Position numbers and translations under genes: made by a program
Shown here: positions 13,047-25,733 of the stretch, one piece after another
How the letters are laid out: the number at the start of each line of letters is the position of its first letter
Position numbering within the stretch: the stretch's first letter is position 1
NCBI GenBank assembly: GCA_017499595.2
Contig: CM039001.1
Location: forward strand, 1,984,001 to 2,048,000
Direction of reading: 5' to 3'
DNA: 64,000 nt
Source of the DNA: Psilocybe cubensis
Taxonomy: Eukaryota
Notes under the pieces: generated by a model
What the model saw: the letters and a program-made list of their open reading frames with translations, nothing else
Databases searched by the model: none
Told to the model about the DNA's origin: nothing

Positions 13047-15445
13047 TTAAACTCCAAGCCTGAAACCGTAACGTTAATCGGTTTGAATTATTAAAACAAG
13101 GAGCAAGTGATCAACGAACCTGCGCTTTGTGTGCTCATACACAACGTAAGATATAGACACAGCAGGAACCACCTAACATGAGGAGTAGATCAGCTAGACG
13201 TCCAATTTTATTACATGTATTTCGCTTACCTTTGCGAGTGTTGGGAACAACCCGCGGTAAAACCCTCGCCAGCCATCGCGTTCCCATGTTTTTGTGGCCA
13301 CATCCATAACACCTGTATAAGTCTGGGGGTGCCCTGTCGAGCCTGAAGCCTGAAGACGCGTCCGAACAAAATTCAAAGGATAAACGCTCGTGGCGCCCAC
13401 GCTCCCTGAGATACTACCGAAGGCAAGAAGAGCCATGACACCGGGTTCTTCTTTACCAGTAGACCGCTGATAGGCTTGCTTCAAAGCTTCAAAGGTGCTC
13501 ATGTCAATTGCTGAATACCTAAGACATTGTTGTTGTGTGTCAGAATAAGAGGCGAAAAATAGAAATCGACATTAACACATACGGAAATACGCCCACTAAA
13601 CCAATCTTTTACCAAGCTGTTGTCAATTCCTGGGCGTGAACAGGCATGAGCTCTATAGCTAACGCACCGTAAGACCACGATAATAAGCCCGTATACCACC
13701 AAGTTTCCACAGATGTCGGACTGCAGAAACCAGCGTCCGTTTATTTTCGCCTGTATTACTCATCATTTGCGTCTGAAAAAAAATGATTAGGCTACAAATT
13801 GGATTGTGTTAATCACACGAACATGCCTTTAACGTCTCTATCGGGTATATACCTATGAAAAGCACGATTAGAGCAGCTTTGCGATGGATACAAAGCTTCT
13901 TACTTAATTGACTGCTGATTCCACCAATTCCACCGGATAAAAATCGACTGAAACCACTGATGTTCCGTGAATCCTCTACTTTGTCATAATACTTTGCAAA
14001 AGCTCGTTTCTAGGGTGAAAGGAACACAGGGAATGGTAAGATCGCATTCCGGGGGATAGAAACAACGGAAACCCACTGATGACTCGTAGGCAAAGAACTT
14101 GATTGCAGACTCAGGAAATATCTTCGCCACCGAGAGACCGTTTCCGGTCCAAAACGCAAGGATACCTCCTTCAGAATAGATGCGCGCTATAGCTCCGCCA
14201 ATCACTCGTACTCCTGGTGACTTCGTCTGCCCTGGAGAAGGCGTAGGTCCTCCTAGTTCTGGTGGCCGTGTGATTAAGAAGATTTTGAGTCGATCAAATG
14301 GCGCGGTACATGTCCGTGACACTGAGAGCGGGTCAACGTCGTTGGAAGGGCTTCAAACAAAGACTCCCACCTGCTCCAGCAACTCCACCCGCAAGAAGAA
14401 ATTTGAGAGCTGTATGGCCGTCGAGGAAATGATGTTGTTCCTCTTCCCCTTCCTCTTGTTCGTCAAGATACTCCCATCCGTCGTCAGGTTTTAGATCGAT
14501 TGTTGGCAACTTGGATGTGGAGGATGTCGCCATATAAGAAGGCGGTTCCGGTGGCTTGTCTTCTGCGCTGAGACTTACGTCGCCTTGAGGTTGACGGTGA
14601 GCATCCACAATAACCAAAGCAGTATTTTTATCACCTTCCATGTTCACACGTGCAGCACCACGCCCATCATCTCCCATATATTTTCGTAGCTCGTAGTAGC
14701 GGTAAATTTCAGCAGGAGAGACTTTACGCGGCAAAAGAAGGAAGAAGTCTCGGAATTCACTGAAGGTGATATTTTGTGAATGTGGTTCGGAGGAAATGGA
14801 AAGCATGAAGTCGTTTATTTTTGCCGGTGAGGGTTCAATACCTTGACATGTTCACGTCGATAAGCGAATAAAACACGTCGACATTTTCAATAGCACTAAC
14901 CGGCTTTTTTCAACGCTGCCCGTAGCTCTGTTGGATCGAGATGTCCGTTTCCATCCAAGTCCAACTCATCGTGAAAAATGTGCCATAACTCTAGTAGATT
15001 TGACCATCAGGAAATATTAAGATAGGAATGAAGGATGCATACCAATTTCCTTGGCCTCTGAATACTTCTTAAACTCTGTCCAACCGATGCGAGAAGGTTT
15101 AGAATCGGGAGAATGGGTTGAACAATGGTCCAAGAGTTCACTGTCATACATGGCTTTCAGCGACTCTGCCTTCTCCGGTGTGAGAAGACTATCATCTTCG
15201 TTACTTGGAGACTTTTTTGACGGATGAAAAACTTCGGGAAGTGACTTCCAGATCTGAAGCAGCTTCCGTTTTCTATTGTCTCTTCCTTCAGCTTCGCGGA
15301 ACGCCTCCAGTGAGTGAGGTTGAGCTTGAAAGTCTGAACGAAGAGGTGGTATAAATTGTCGGTCGGGAGGTATTGACAGAGCTTCGGGACCACTGTGTGG
15401 TGTGCTTGACCCGTCATTCGTTTGATTGCTGGAATCGGGCATCAT
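13047..15445 (-). CDS. SAL1: Calcium-binding mitochondrial ATP-Mg/Pi carrier (EF-hand N-terminus plus 3 carrier repeats)
   Basis: EF-hand DLDGNGHLD. Carrier motifs SRTCTAPFDRLK, YPIETLK and YPLNFVRTRLQ. GNGLSVAKIFPESAIKF. Confidence 0.92.
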
Positions 15446-15814
15446 AAAATATAACGACCCGAGTCCTCAGCAAATGGATATATAGATTTCAAACCGTGGT
15501 GGCGGAATCGATTGACGACCTTGGTATGCCGAGTTGAGCTGCAAAGGATAGCGGATACGTAGCGAAAAGGAGTGTTCGCAATATCCAGAGAGCCCTGCTC
15601 TCATTAGTACATGATGGCTATGACGAGTAATCACTGAGGAAGTATTCACTTGGCCACCAACTCCACTTTCAGGTTATGATCAACCGAATCCGGTCTCTTT
15701 CGCTTACGTACTATTTTGATCTAATTGGTCACAACACATGCAAAAGACAAGCATTTGAATTTAGGCACAAAATCAAAGCTACATCAGAGACTATAATATT
15801 TTATCATTTTATTT

Positions 15815-16830
15815 CTATGTTCTCCTGGAGATGGACCCCAAACGAAGTCTTTTGGCCAACCCATCGAATTTTGGCCAGCATGCTTTAGACAAGCAACCAG
15901 CGTCGTCATCGTTTGGATCGTTGGCCAAGTCCGTATTTTGGTTTTTCAACGCTTCAATATTTCGTTTTTGAATGAGAAGCGTAGGGTAGCTATACATGGG
16001 TGTACTTGATGACGTGGGCTGGCCATTTGGCCAGCCTATAGAATAATTTGTAGTGTTCATGGATACCATCGTTCTGTCAGTTCGAAAAGAAGAACTGGGT
16101 TTCAATTGCACAGAACTCTGGTAGGGCTTTGAGGAGGTGTTGGGTAGATAAACACCATGCGTATTATGCATATCTGACGAAACTTGTTTATTATGCGAAC
16201 GGAGAGGCGGCGTTGGCGGACGGTAAATCTGTAGGAATGAATAAATCTGTAACAGACAATGGGTGTGATTGAGATGTACAAACCGTTGGTAGACCGCGTC
16301 CAATACGTTGTGCTTGAGAATGTGGTTGGTAACATGCCGCGATGGTGGTGAATGATTCCTGATCTTTGTCGACTGTTACTGAAGCTACTAATACCTCGCT
16401 GGACGGGACATTTGCGGTCTAGGATTCTCCAGATTAGTATTGTAGGCTGACATGCACTCCGTTTAGCTTACTACATCGCGTTGCTCTTCAGCAAGAGTGT
16501 CATCATAGCGTGTAGTGCCATGAACGCCATTACTAGTGCCAATGTCAGATTTTACTGTCGCTGTCTCCGTCGCGTTGACTTTTTCGGCAAGTATTTCTCG
16601 CCAATTCTCAGGCAGCTAAAGTAGAAATGAAAATATTTGAGTACGGGATGTCCAGAGTAAAATATACAGAAACATACGGGAGGAAATGGTTTTTCTGCTT
16701 CAGATTTTGGCTCTGTTGATACTCTATCATCGACCTGTAGTGAAGGGAATGGGGACTCGATATGCGGAGACGGTGGTGGCGATGGGATATATGCTGGAAC
16801 AGGCTTTCGATAACTCATGTTGCGCTGCAT
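15815..16830 (-). CDS. Hypothetical low-complexity protein, about 3 introns
   Basis: Exons MQRNMSYRKPVPAYIPSPPPSP..., LPENWREIL..., ...RIGRGLPT|IYRPPTPP... join in frame via GT-AG introns. No domain recognised. Confidence 0.6.
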
Positions 16831-17567
16831 GACGAGTAAATACTAAAATAAATAACGGTGGTTCTTAGAGGAAGATGATGGCAGAATATGAGACGAACAA
16901 TTTTAGCTGGTGTAGGAGACACCTTTGTACCCTAAAGTCGACCGCCACAGCAGGCACACAAGACAGAATGGGAAAAACGAGGCATTCGAACAGTTACACG
17001 ATGCAACTCTGTGGTGCACAACCACCACTGGAAGACGCAAGGCCTATGTCCGCGTATTGCTGGAGGAGCCATGAGGCCCACTGTGTGGCCCGTTGAGTTG
17101 TCAATTAGTTGCTGTTGTCTATTGAGTATAAGACCACCAGCCAGTTGTAGTGTGGATTTGAGTGGAGGAAAGAAAATACCGAGAGCCTGTAGACCCAGAA
17201 GTGTATATCAGACAGATTTGTCGAGTATCTTATAACACCGAGGAGGAACCGATAGAGACGCCAGTATTCCTGCAGGGGAGATGCCGTCCCTAAATGACAG
17301 TAGCGGAAAGAAAAGTTGCAAGTGGCTCGGAAGCAAAATGGATGCCCCTAAATCTATATTTGGATGCACTGTTGTATTATGTCACTAGTGTCAAAGAGTT
17401 GTCGGTATCAGTGGGACCATGAGTACCAATAGTCACGTTCTCAAACACAATCAGAATCTTTTATCGATTGTGAAAGTGCCACGCCCCATGTACGACTAAA
17501 CTTTCAAGTAAATCACTGAACGGTTCGGACAACACGAATAACAGAGTTGCGATCATACTAGATCATT

Positions 17568-20500
17568 ATGCCGCCTCGCGCAGCCCCTAGAGGTAGCGCA
17601 CCTCGTGGCTCGGGTCCAGCGATCAGAGGCAGTAGCAGTTCCAGGGGTGGCACGTCATCGTATTCACTGTCCACAACCACCAACAGACCGAATATCACGA
17701 CTATCGGTGTGCCACGGCCAAATTATGGGGCAGGTGGAACAATTAGCAATATCCACGTCAATTCGTTCAGGACCACCATTCCTGAAGGTGTCATTCACCA
17801 CTACGATGGTCAGTATCATTGGCCGCTTTCACTGGAAATGTGCTGACTGATTTTTTGCAGTTGGTTAGTACATGTATATATTGAAAAGGTGTCACCTAAA
17901 CAGATTCATCGTGCTAGTGATTTCGCCTTCGGAGAAGACCCTGCCTGCTCGTCTCAATATGGATATCATTGAAAGCCTGCAATTTAGAATAGCCCCCGCT
18001 ATTTTCACTCCGCGATGTGTGTATGATGGTCGAAAGAATATTTTTGCTGTTCGTGAGCTTCCCTTTGGTGAACGGGGCTACCAAGATGTACGTTTAAAAT
18101 TTTCTGTTTCTCTTTTGACTTCCTAAGTAACTGCTTGGATCATGTTATCTAGTTTGATGTTACCTTGGGCGATGGACGGCCTGACCCAAATGGTCGTCCA
18201 CCAAAAGTATACAAGGTTCGGTTAACTAAAGTCGCGGAAATAAATCCAGAGCATGTCTCTTTCACCAGACCTCTTAATTATCTTTTTAACATCCTTAATA
18301 GGGTCCTCAAGCGCTTCATTCATGGTGAACAGTCTCATGACAACAGCGTTCTTACTGCTATCACAGTAAGTAACTGTTAATCATAAAGTGGATATTCTTT
18401 GACGTACATAATCTAGGCTCTTAACGTAGTGATCAGAATGGCCCCAACAATGGCGTACCCTTTCAATGTGCGATCTTTCTTCACGAGTCGTGAGACCAGG
18501 GATATCGGATCTGGCATATCATTATGGCGTGGTTATTTTCAGTCTGTTAGGCCTGGGATTGGTCAAATGCTCATCAATATCGATATTTCCACCGCTACAA
18601 TGTACAAAGGCGGTCCACTACTAGTAGTGTGTTGCGAGTATCTTGGAAAAACTAACCCCAACTTCTTGGCTCAACACACCTTATCCGAACGCGAACGCTA
18701 TCGCCTTCACAAATTCATCCAGGGGGTCAGGGTAGTAACTAATCAGCCAATTGGCGCGCATCCTGCTGCTGGTGGAAGAAACGAACCTACACCACGAGTT
18801 GTCAAGGGACTATCCATTAAAAGTGCCAGGATGGAATATTTCACACTGCGTGACGGTCGATCATTATCTGTCGCCGATTATTTTAAACAAACGATGAACA
18901 GGCCACTCCAATTTCCGGATTGTCTTTGTGTGGAGGTTTGTCGAAGTATCGCTTTATACAACGATGTGCATATATTAACCATTTATAGGTCGGTTCGGGG
19001 GCTAAAATTCCCATGGAACTGTGCAATATTCCCCCGGGTCAAATACTCAGGAAGCAGATACCACCCGACAAGACTAAAGATGTTCTTGACTTTGCCACCA
19101 AAAGACCAGCCGATCGCCTAGCTAGCATAAGGACTGGATTAAGTGTATGTACTTACCCATGTTCACTGTCAATGTCAACCTTACCGTTGCATATAGGTTT
19201 TAGCCTATGGACAATCTGAATATGTGCGGCAATTTGGTATGCGAGTTGACGAAAGTGGACCTCTTAAAGTCCAAGCTAGGGTTTTAAAGCCCCCTATTCT
19301 TCGTTATGGTGTTGGTAGTAAAGCTCCTACCATCGTAAGTGTTCTTGTTAATTTACACGAAACGGAATTGCTCATCGTGAAAATGAAGACACCTAATAAC
19401 GGTGCTTGGAACATGTAAGATTGCAGTCATCGACACTGTCAAGTACTGACGATTGGTGATAGGATGGACAAAACTTTTTACAGACCCGTTGGCCCGATTG
19501 TTGCTTGGGGTATGGTTGTTTTCGAACATAGATTCAAAGAGCAACAGATTCAGGATGTAGCGGAGGGTCTTTACAACGGTTGCGCCAAAGTTGGTACGTC
19601 AACCTGTCCTGAACAATGACGTACACCTTGACTCCGTCAACGGCAGGTATTAGGTTGGAAGAAATGGTAGTGTGTAAATTCGCTTCTGGCCAACAACAAG
19701 TCCGAAAGACTCTCATGGAAGCCGGCAAAGAAATTTACGCGAAATTGAAAGTTGCCCCTTCACTTCTTGTGGTCATTCTCCCTGAAGGCGCTAATGATAT
19801 GTACACCGAGGTTAAATAGTAAGTTCACGTTGTTTTAATGGTGGTCATTTACATTTCTGAAAGCTATCCAGTTTTGGTGATGTTGAGGTAAATTTGTTTG
19901 ACATATCCTCGTGGTATATGCTGATCATGTTCAATTAGATGGGATGTGCTACTCAATGTCTTAAAAGCTTAAAGTGCACCAGGGCTAAGCCACAGTACTT
20001 TGCGAACGTGTGCCTAAAGTAAGTTGAAATGGAATCTAGTACATGAGCGTTTCTTCATTCATTTTGGCAGAATCAATGTGAAGCTCGGAGGCATTAACAC
20101 CATTCCTGACCCATCCTCGGTCTCGGTGCTGACTGATCCCCACATGCCAACCATTGTAATGGGTGCGCACTTACTCGATGCCATAGCATCTAGTACCTTT
20201 GGATCTCACACACTTATTGTTATTCAGGTGCCGATGTTATCCATCCATCTCCAGGATCAGTTGGGCGTCCTTCCTTTACCTCCCTTGTTGGAAATGTTGA
20301 CTCTGACACAGCCAAATATGTGGCTGGTCTGTATTTTGTATTTTCTACCCACAGAACATGACTGACGCCCCAATCACTACCTCTAGATTCTCGAGTTCAA
20401 ACTTCTCGACAAGAAATGATAGCAGATCTCTGCGAAATGAGCAAGGTATGTAACTTTTGCATTTTCGACATTGGTCAAATTATACCGGTTCTCATCCATT

Positions 20501-21674
20501 TTCCAGCATGTTCTTGGCTTCTATACTCGATATCGAGCGAGCGTCGAGAAAAAGCTTGGAACTACATGCAACCCTAAGCGCATTATCTTCTACCGCGGTA
20601 TATCATTACAAACTTGAAATGTGGACTGAACTCTTTACACTCCCTGTAGATGGTGTTTCCGAAGGACAGTTCAAACAAGTTCTCGATATCGGTATGATCT
20701 TGATTTCTTTGCCATTGTTTACATGTAGCCTTACCATTTCAAATTATTCAGAACTACCACAACTCAAAGGTGTATTTTCTCTTATTGCTTTATACAACGA
20801 GTTTGTGAACTAACGTGAATGAACAGCGGCGTGCGCGGAGATGAAAATTGATGCCAAAATAACTATAATCGTTGTCGGAAAACGTCATCACGTCAGGTGT
20901 GTCCTCCATTCACAGTTTTGAAATAACAGACTGCTAACATAGAGATCAAGATTCTTTCCGATAGACGGTGGTGACAGGACTGGAAACTGTCTTGCTGGCA
21001 CTGTTGTCGACCGCGAAATCGCCCATCCAACAGAATTTGATTTCTACCTTCAAAGCCATGGTGGACTGCTTGGTACAAGTAGGCCTGCTCATTACTCTGT
21101 ACGTATCTGCTTTCAAGCAGCAATACCTCATCATTGACATATAGTTTGCAGGTCCTTTACGACGTGAGTTCATCGTAGAAGATATACCCACCTAATTACT
21201 AACCACAACGCATTGTCGTAAAGGAAAATAACTTTTCGTAAGTTCGTTAGAATCCCAGGGCATGTCGGTGCTGAAATGATCCTTATAGCGCCGATGCACT
21301 TCAATCACTTTCTTTTGCCCTGTGCCATGTATATGCTCGATCCACGCGATCCGTTTCTATCCCTGCTCCTGTATATTGTGAGGAAAGCACTCTATAAAGA
21401 TGGATCAGTGTTCCCTAACAAGTATAAATTTCTTCCAGACGCAGATATTGTATGCTCCAGAGCAAAGAACCATTACGATCCGAGTGAAGTATGGGAGTCA
21501 CTCGGATCTGAAGACACTCCATCCGGTGACGCGGGAGAATCACTGGACAAATTCCGCACTGGATTTAAACCGCTGCACCATAGGCAAGCAAGTTTGATGT
21601 ACTTTTCTGTGAGTAGTTCTGTTATCGTACATGCGAATTATACAATTACTAATTGATAATGCCACCACAAGTGA
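17568..21674 (+). CDS. AGO: Argonaute (N-PAZ-MID-PIWI), QDE-2/Ago1-like, more than 20 introns
   Basis: [28 protein letters not shown]...IPMELC, MID YTEVK...[64 protein letters not shown]-terminal MYFS. Confidence 0.97.
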
Positions 21675-21907
21675 TGTGTGGCGGTAATGTATTGGAACCT
21701 GTAAATGGAAGTTATTTCGGCTACACGGAAGTAAACCCGATTCGCGTTTTAACCACTCTCTTATTATATTGAATCATTGAAATTTGTTGTAACAAAGTTG
21801 TACTTGTGTAGTGTCACTCAATACTCTTTAGCAGTTGAATTCTGGTGGAAATGGCATGAAGTACGTTCTACGTGCATTGGGTATTGATTTACGACGAAAA
21901 GAAGCTA

Positions 21908-22673
21908 CTACTTGCGATATTTTGGTTGGCGATTTAACCACCATGTTCCAGCATTCAAATATGTAGCGTAACCAAGCCAAGCGCAATATGGTAGCAAGAA
22001 ATAAGTGGCCTTTGCGTCGGTGGGCCTATCCAAGAGTTTCTGTAGAAAAGTATGAAAAAAGAGTACCCCATAAACAAAGCAATTTCCTTACAGTCATATA
22101 CCATGTAGTAGCTGTCATTAGCACACTATCAATCAGAGCCAGGCCAATCTATAGGATTAGGTGGTGTCAAAGACAGCGAAATATTTTGTGCCACAGTGAA
22201 CATGCCTGATGCTGGCCAAAGAAGATGGGGCTCCATAGATAATTCAGTCCTAGTTGAGCATAGTACAGGCCAAGGCCAAGCGATAATGCGTTTCTGTCCG
22301 AACTGAGCATAGCCAGAAGGGTAAAGTAAGGGAGAAACGCACATACCTGTTGACGTCGAGATGTGTATGATCCAACGCTTTTACGGCAATATGGGATGCG
22401 TAGCCCATAGAGACATAGAGCAGAGTCCAAGCAAACGGAAATACTTCGCGACGCGGCCTACCTGGAGGTGCGGCGAGTCCCTGGGGCACCGCGAAGTGAA
22501 TCAGACACTTGTATGGAAATTGGGATTAGATAAGGTCTTACAGCATACCAGTTACTATTGGCGACTTGGGACGAATGGGAGCCACTGAAGAAACCGAGGG
22601 CGAGAGGAAGGCCGACAGCAGTTACGGGGTTGCGTGGAATGGCGAGGAGAATATTTGGGATGTGGATAGACAT
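21908..22673 (-). CDS. TSPO: TspO/MBR family translocator protein
   Basis: NWY...PPGRPRREVFPFAWTLLYVSMGYAS, QLGLNYLWSPIFFG, WLGYATYLN. Confidence 0.92.
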
Positions 22674-22726
22674 GGTGCTTGCCTCGATCTGTCCCCCATC
22701 CCCCTATTAAATACTCTGCATCGACG

Positions 22727-22830
22727 TGACGTCATCTGCATGGTGTCTATGATTCATATTAGTCATCGACGCACTTTGACTAGATAAGATCTTGCATCAA
22801 GATCTAATCTAATCAGCACAACCGAGTCAT
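22727..22830. promoter_or_regulatory. Cluster of Gcn4/Cpc1 (AP-1/CRE)-like sites in the TSPO-HIS4 bidirectional promoter
   Basis: TGACGTCA 22727-22734, ATGATTCAT 22749-22757, TTAGTCAT 22759-22766 and GAGTCAT 22824-22830 upstream of HIS4. Confidence 0.55.
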
Positions 22831-22895
22831 TATTGCCGAAAAGACCGTGTTAAATTGATTCGATCGTCCGGAGAGAAATTCGACCCTCTTCCACT

Positions 22896-25570
22896 ATGGC
22901 TGCCTTTTTGCCCCTCCTCACAGAGGAAAACTCTTCGCTCTATATCGCTCTCAACCGTCTCGGTCCCGTCATTATCGATGCAAAAAATCCAGCACCCCTT
23001 CCGCAACCCCCACAGAGCTCGTATCTACTTGTAGACCAAAATACACCTGTTGATCTCCAGGCTACTGCTGCATGGTTGGATGAGGGCGTCGACAAGGTTA
23101 TCGTATCCCTTTCACTTGCAAAGGAGCTGATTGGCACTATACCCTCAGATCGGCTTCTTTTGCTCTTGGACGTTGCAAACGTCAGCGCAGTTTCCGACAA
23201 AGTTCGCAATGGGGTTACAGGAGTCCTACTCAAAACCCCTGCAATAGACTTTGATTTGATTTCATCGGTCTCCAAGTTCTTCGTAGGATCAGCCATCTAC
23301 GTCCTTTCAGGATCGGATACCCCACCCTCCACAGCTAATATCCGTGAACTTCAAAGGATCGGGGCAACCCTCGTTATTCCCGATTACCAGCTTACTCTGG
23401 AAGCGACATCTACAACTCGCATCAACGTCGCAGACGCCTTCCTAGCAGCCGTTGTGTCAGATCGTCCTGATGGCTTATTCCCAACCGTTGTCACAAACCA
23501 AACCGGCCATTCACTTGGCTTGGTTTATTCGTCGAGAGAATCTGTCAAAGAGAGTATCATTACCGGCAAAGGTGTATATCAGTCAAGAAAGCACGGCTTA
23601 TGGCGCAAAGGCGAAACCTCAGGCGCAACCCAAGACGTTGTCCGCATTCGTTCTGATTGCGACTCAGACAGCCTTGAATTCCGCGTTGTGCAACATGGGG
23701 TTGGGTTTTGTCACCTCAATCGGCAGTCATGCTTCAGCGAAGCCAGAGGTCTTCCTGCTCTTGAAAATACCCTCAAATCGCGTCTTCAATCCGCCCCCGA
23801 AGGCTCCTATACCAAGCGTCTCTTTACAGATCCTGATCTTCTTCGATCAAAAATTATGGAGGAAGCCGATGAGCTCTGCCAAGCGACCACGAAAGATGAC
23901 ATTGCGTTTGAGGCAGCTGATCTTTTTTACTTCGCCCTCACAAAATGTCTGGCAGCAGGAGTCGAAATTTCCGATATTGAACGATCCCTTGACCTGAAAG
24001 CAAAGAAGGTAACTCGAAGACCCGGAAACGCTAAACCACAATGGGTGTCCAAAACGTCCTCCCCAACTGTTGCTTCTGTTGCCGCTACCTCTGCTACCCA
24101 AAGCAAAGCTGCGGTCGATACAGATGCACCTATCAAGATGCGTACTTCAGATCTGTCGACTTTATCTTCTGCAGAGCGTCAAGAACTTTTGCGCCGCCCA
24201 GTCCTTAAATCAGACGAAATGATCGAAAAAGTTAAACCAATAGTTAAAGAGGTTCGCAAAAGAGGAGACGATGCCCTGCTGGAATTTACTGCCAAGTTCG
24301 ACCGTGCCCAGCTCTCCTCTACCGTAGTTTTTCCTCCTTTCGCACCAGAATCTATGGTCATTGACGACGATGTCCGTAAATCCATTGATATCGCATATTC
24401 CAACATCTACAAATTCCACGCCGCACAGCTGGATGCCTCTACTCTCGTCGTCGAAACCATGCCTGGTGTCGTATGCTCGCGTTTTGCGCGCCCGATTGCC
24501 CGCGTCGGTCTATATGTACCAGGCGGCACTGCCATTCTCCCTTCTACCGCTCTAATGCTCGGCATTCCTGCTCAAGTCGCTGGATGCAAAGAAATTGTTC
24601 TCGCCACTCCTCCACGAGCAGATGGGTCCATTTCTCCCGAGGTGATGTATGTCGCTCACCTTGTCGGCGCTTCAGCTATTTTAAAGGCGGGGGGTGCCCA
24701 GGCCGTAGCCGCTCTGGCATACGGAACTAAAACTGTGCCGAAGGTTGACAAGATCTTCGGACCAGGGAACCAATGGGTTACTGCTGCAAAGATGCTGGTC
24801 CAGAACGACACCGATGCACTTGTATCAATTGATATGCCTGCTGGTCCGTCGGAGGTGCTTGTAAGTAATCAATAAACTCTTCACAACTAGGCAATGGACT
24901 CTGATTAATCAAATATTGTCAGGTTATCGCAGACCATACCGCCAAACCTGCCTTTGTAGCGGCTGATTTGTTATCACAGGCTGAGCACGGTGTCGATTCT
25001 CAGGTCGTTCTCGTTGCGGTTAATCTTACCCCTGAACACCTCGCTGCAATTGAAGGGGAAGTGGATGTGCAAGCCCATGCCCTCTCAAGAGTGGACATTG
25101 TAAGGCAATCCATCAATAAGAGCATCATCGTGAAGGTCTCCAACGTCGATGAAGCCATTGCATTCTCCAATGACTATGCACCTGAACATCTCATTCTACA
25201 CCTTGAAAATGCAAGTCGGAAGGTGGCCCAGATTGATAACGCTGGTAGCGTCTTCGTGGGGCCCTATACGCCTGAAAGGTAAGCAAACCCTTACACCTCT
25301 TGTGGTAAGAATCGTCGCAATTTACGTGTGGATAATTTCAGCTGTGGAGATTATGCATCTGGTACAAACCACACACTTCCTACGAACGGTTATGCAAGGC
25401 AATTTAGCGGAGTAAACACACAATCGTTCCAAAAACATATTACTTCGCAAGAGATCACAGCGGCAGGTCTTGATGGACTGGGACCTGTCGTTGCCACTCT
25501 TGCCGATTGCGAGGGCTTGCAAGCACACGCGAATGCTGTCCGGATCCGTCTTCGCGATAGAGAAAACTGA
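22896..25570 (+). CDS. HIS4: Trifunctional histidine biosynthesis protein (PRA-CH / PRA-PH / histidinol dehydrogenase)
   Basis: [85 protein letters not shown]. Confidence 0.98.
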
Positions 25571-25733
25571 TTCTGAGAGTTTAGAAATTTTAAGTCGTGG
25601 TTGGATAGTCGATGGGTGGGTGGTATAGAGTTTTATTAAAGTATCTATCATGGCCGCGAATACGATGTAGCAACGTCTCTAGGAAAAAAAAAAACAACCT
25701 TCCAACAAATCAAACATAACGATAGGACAGTGA

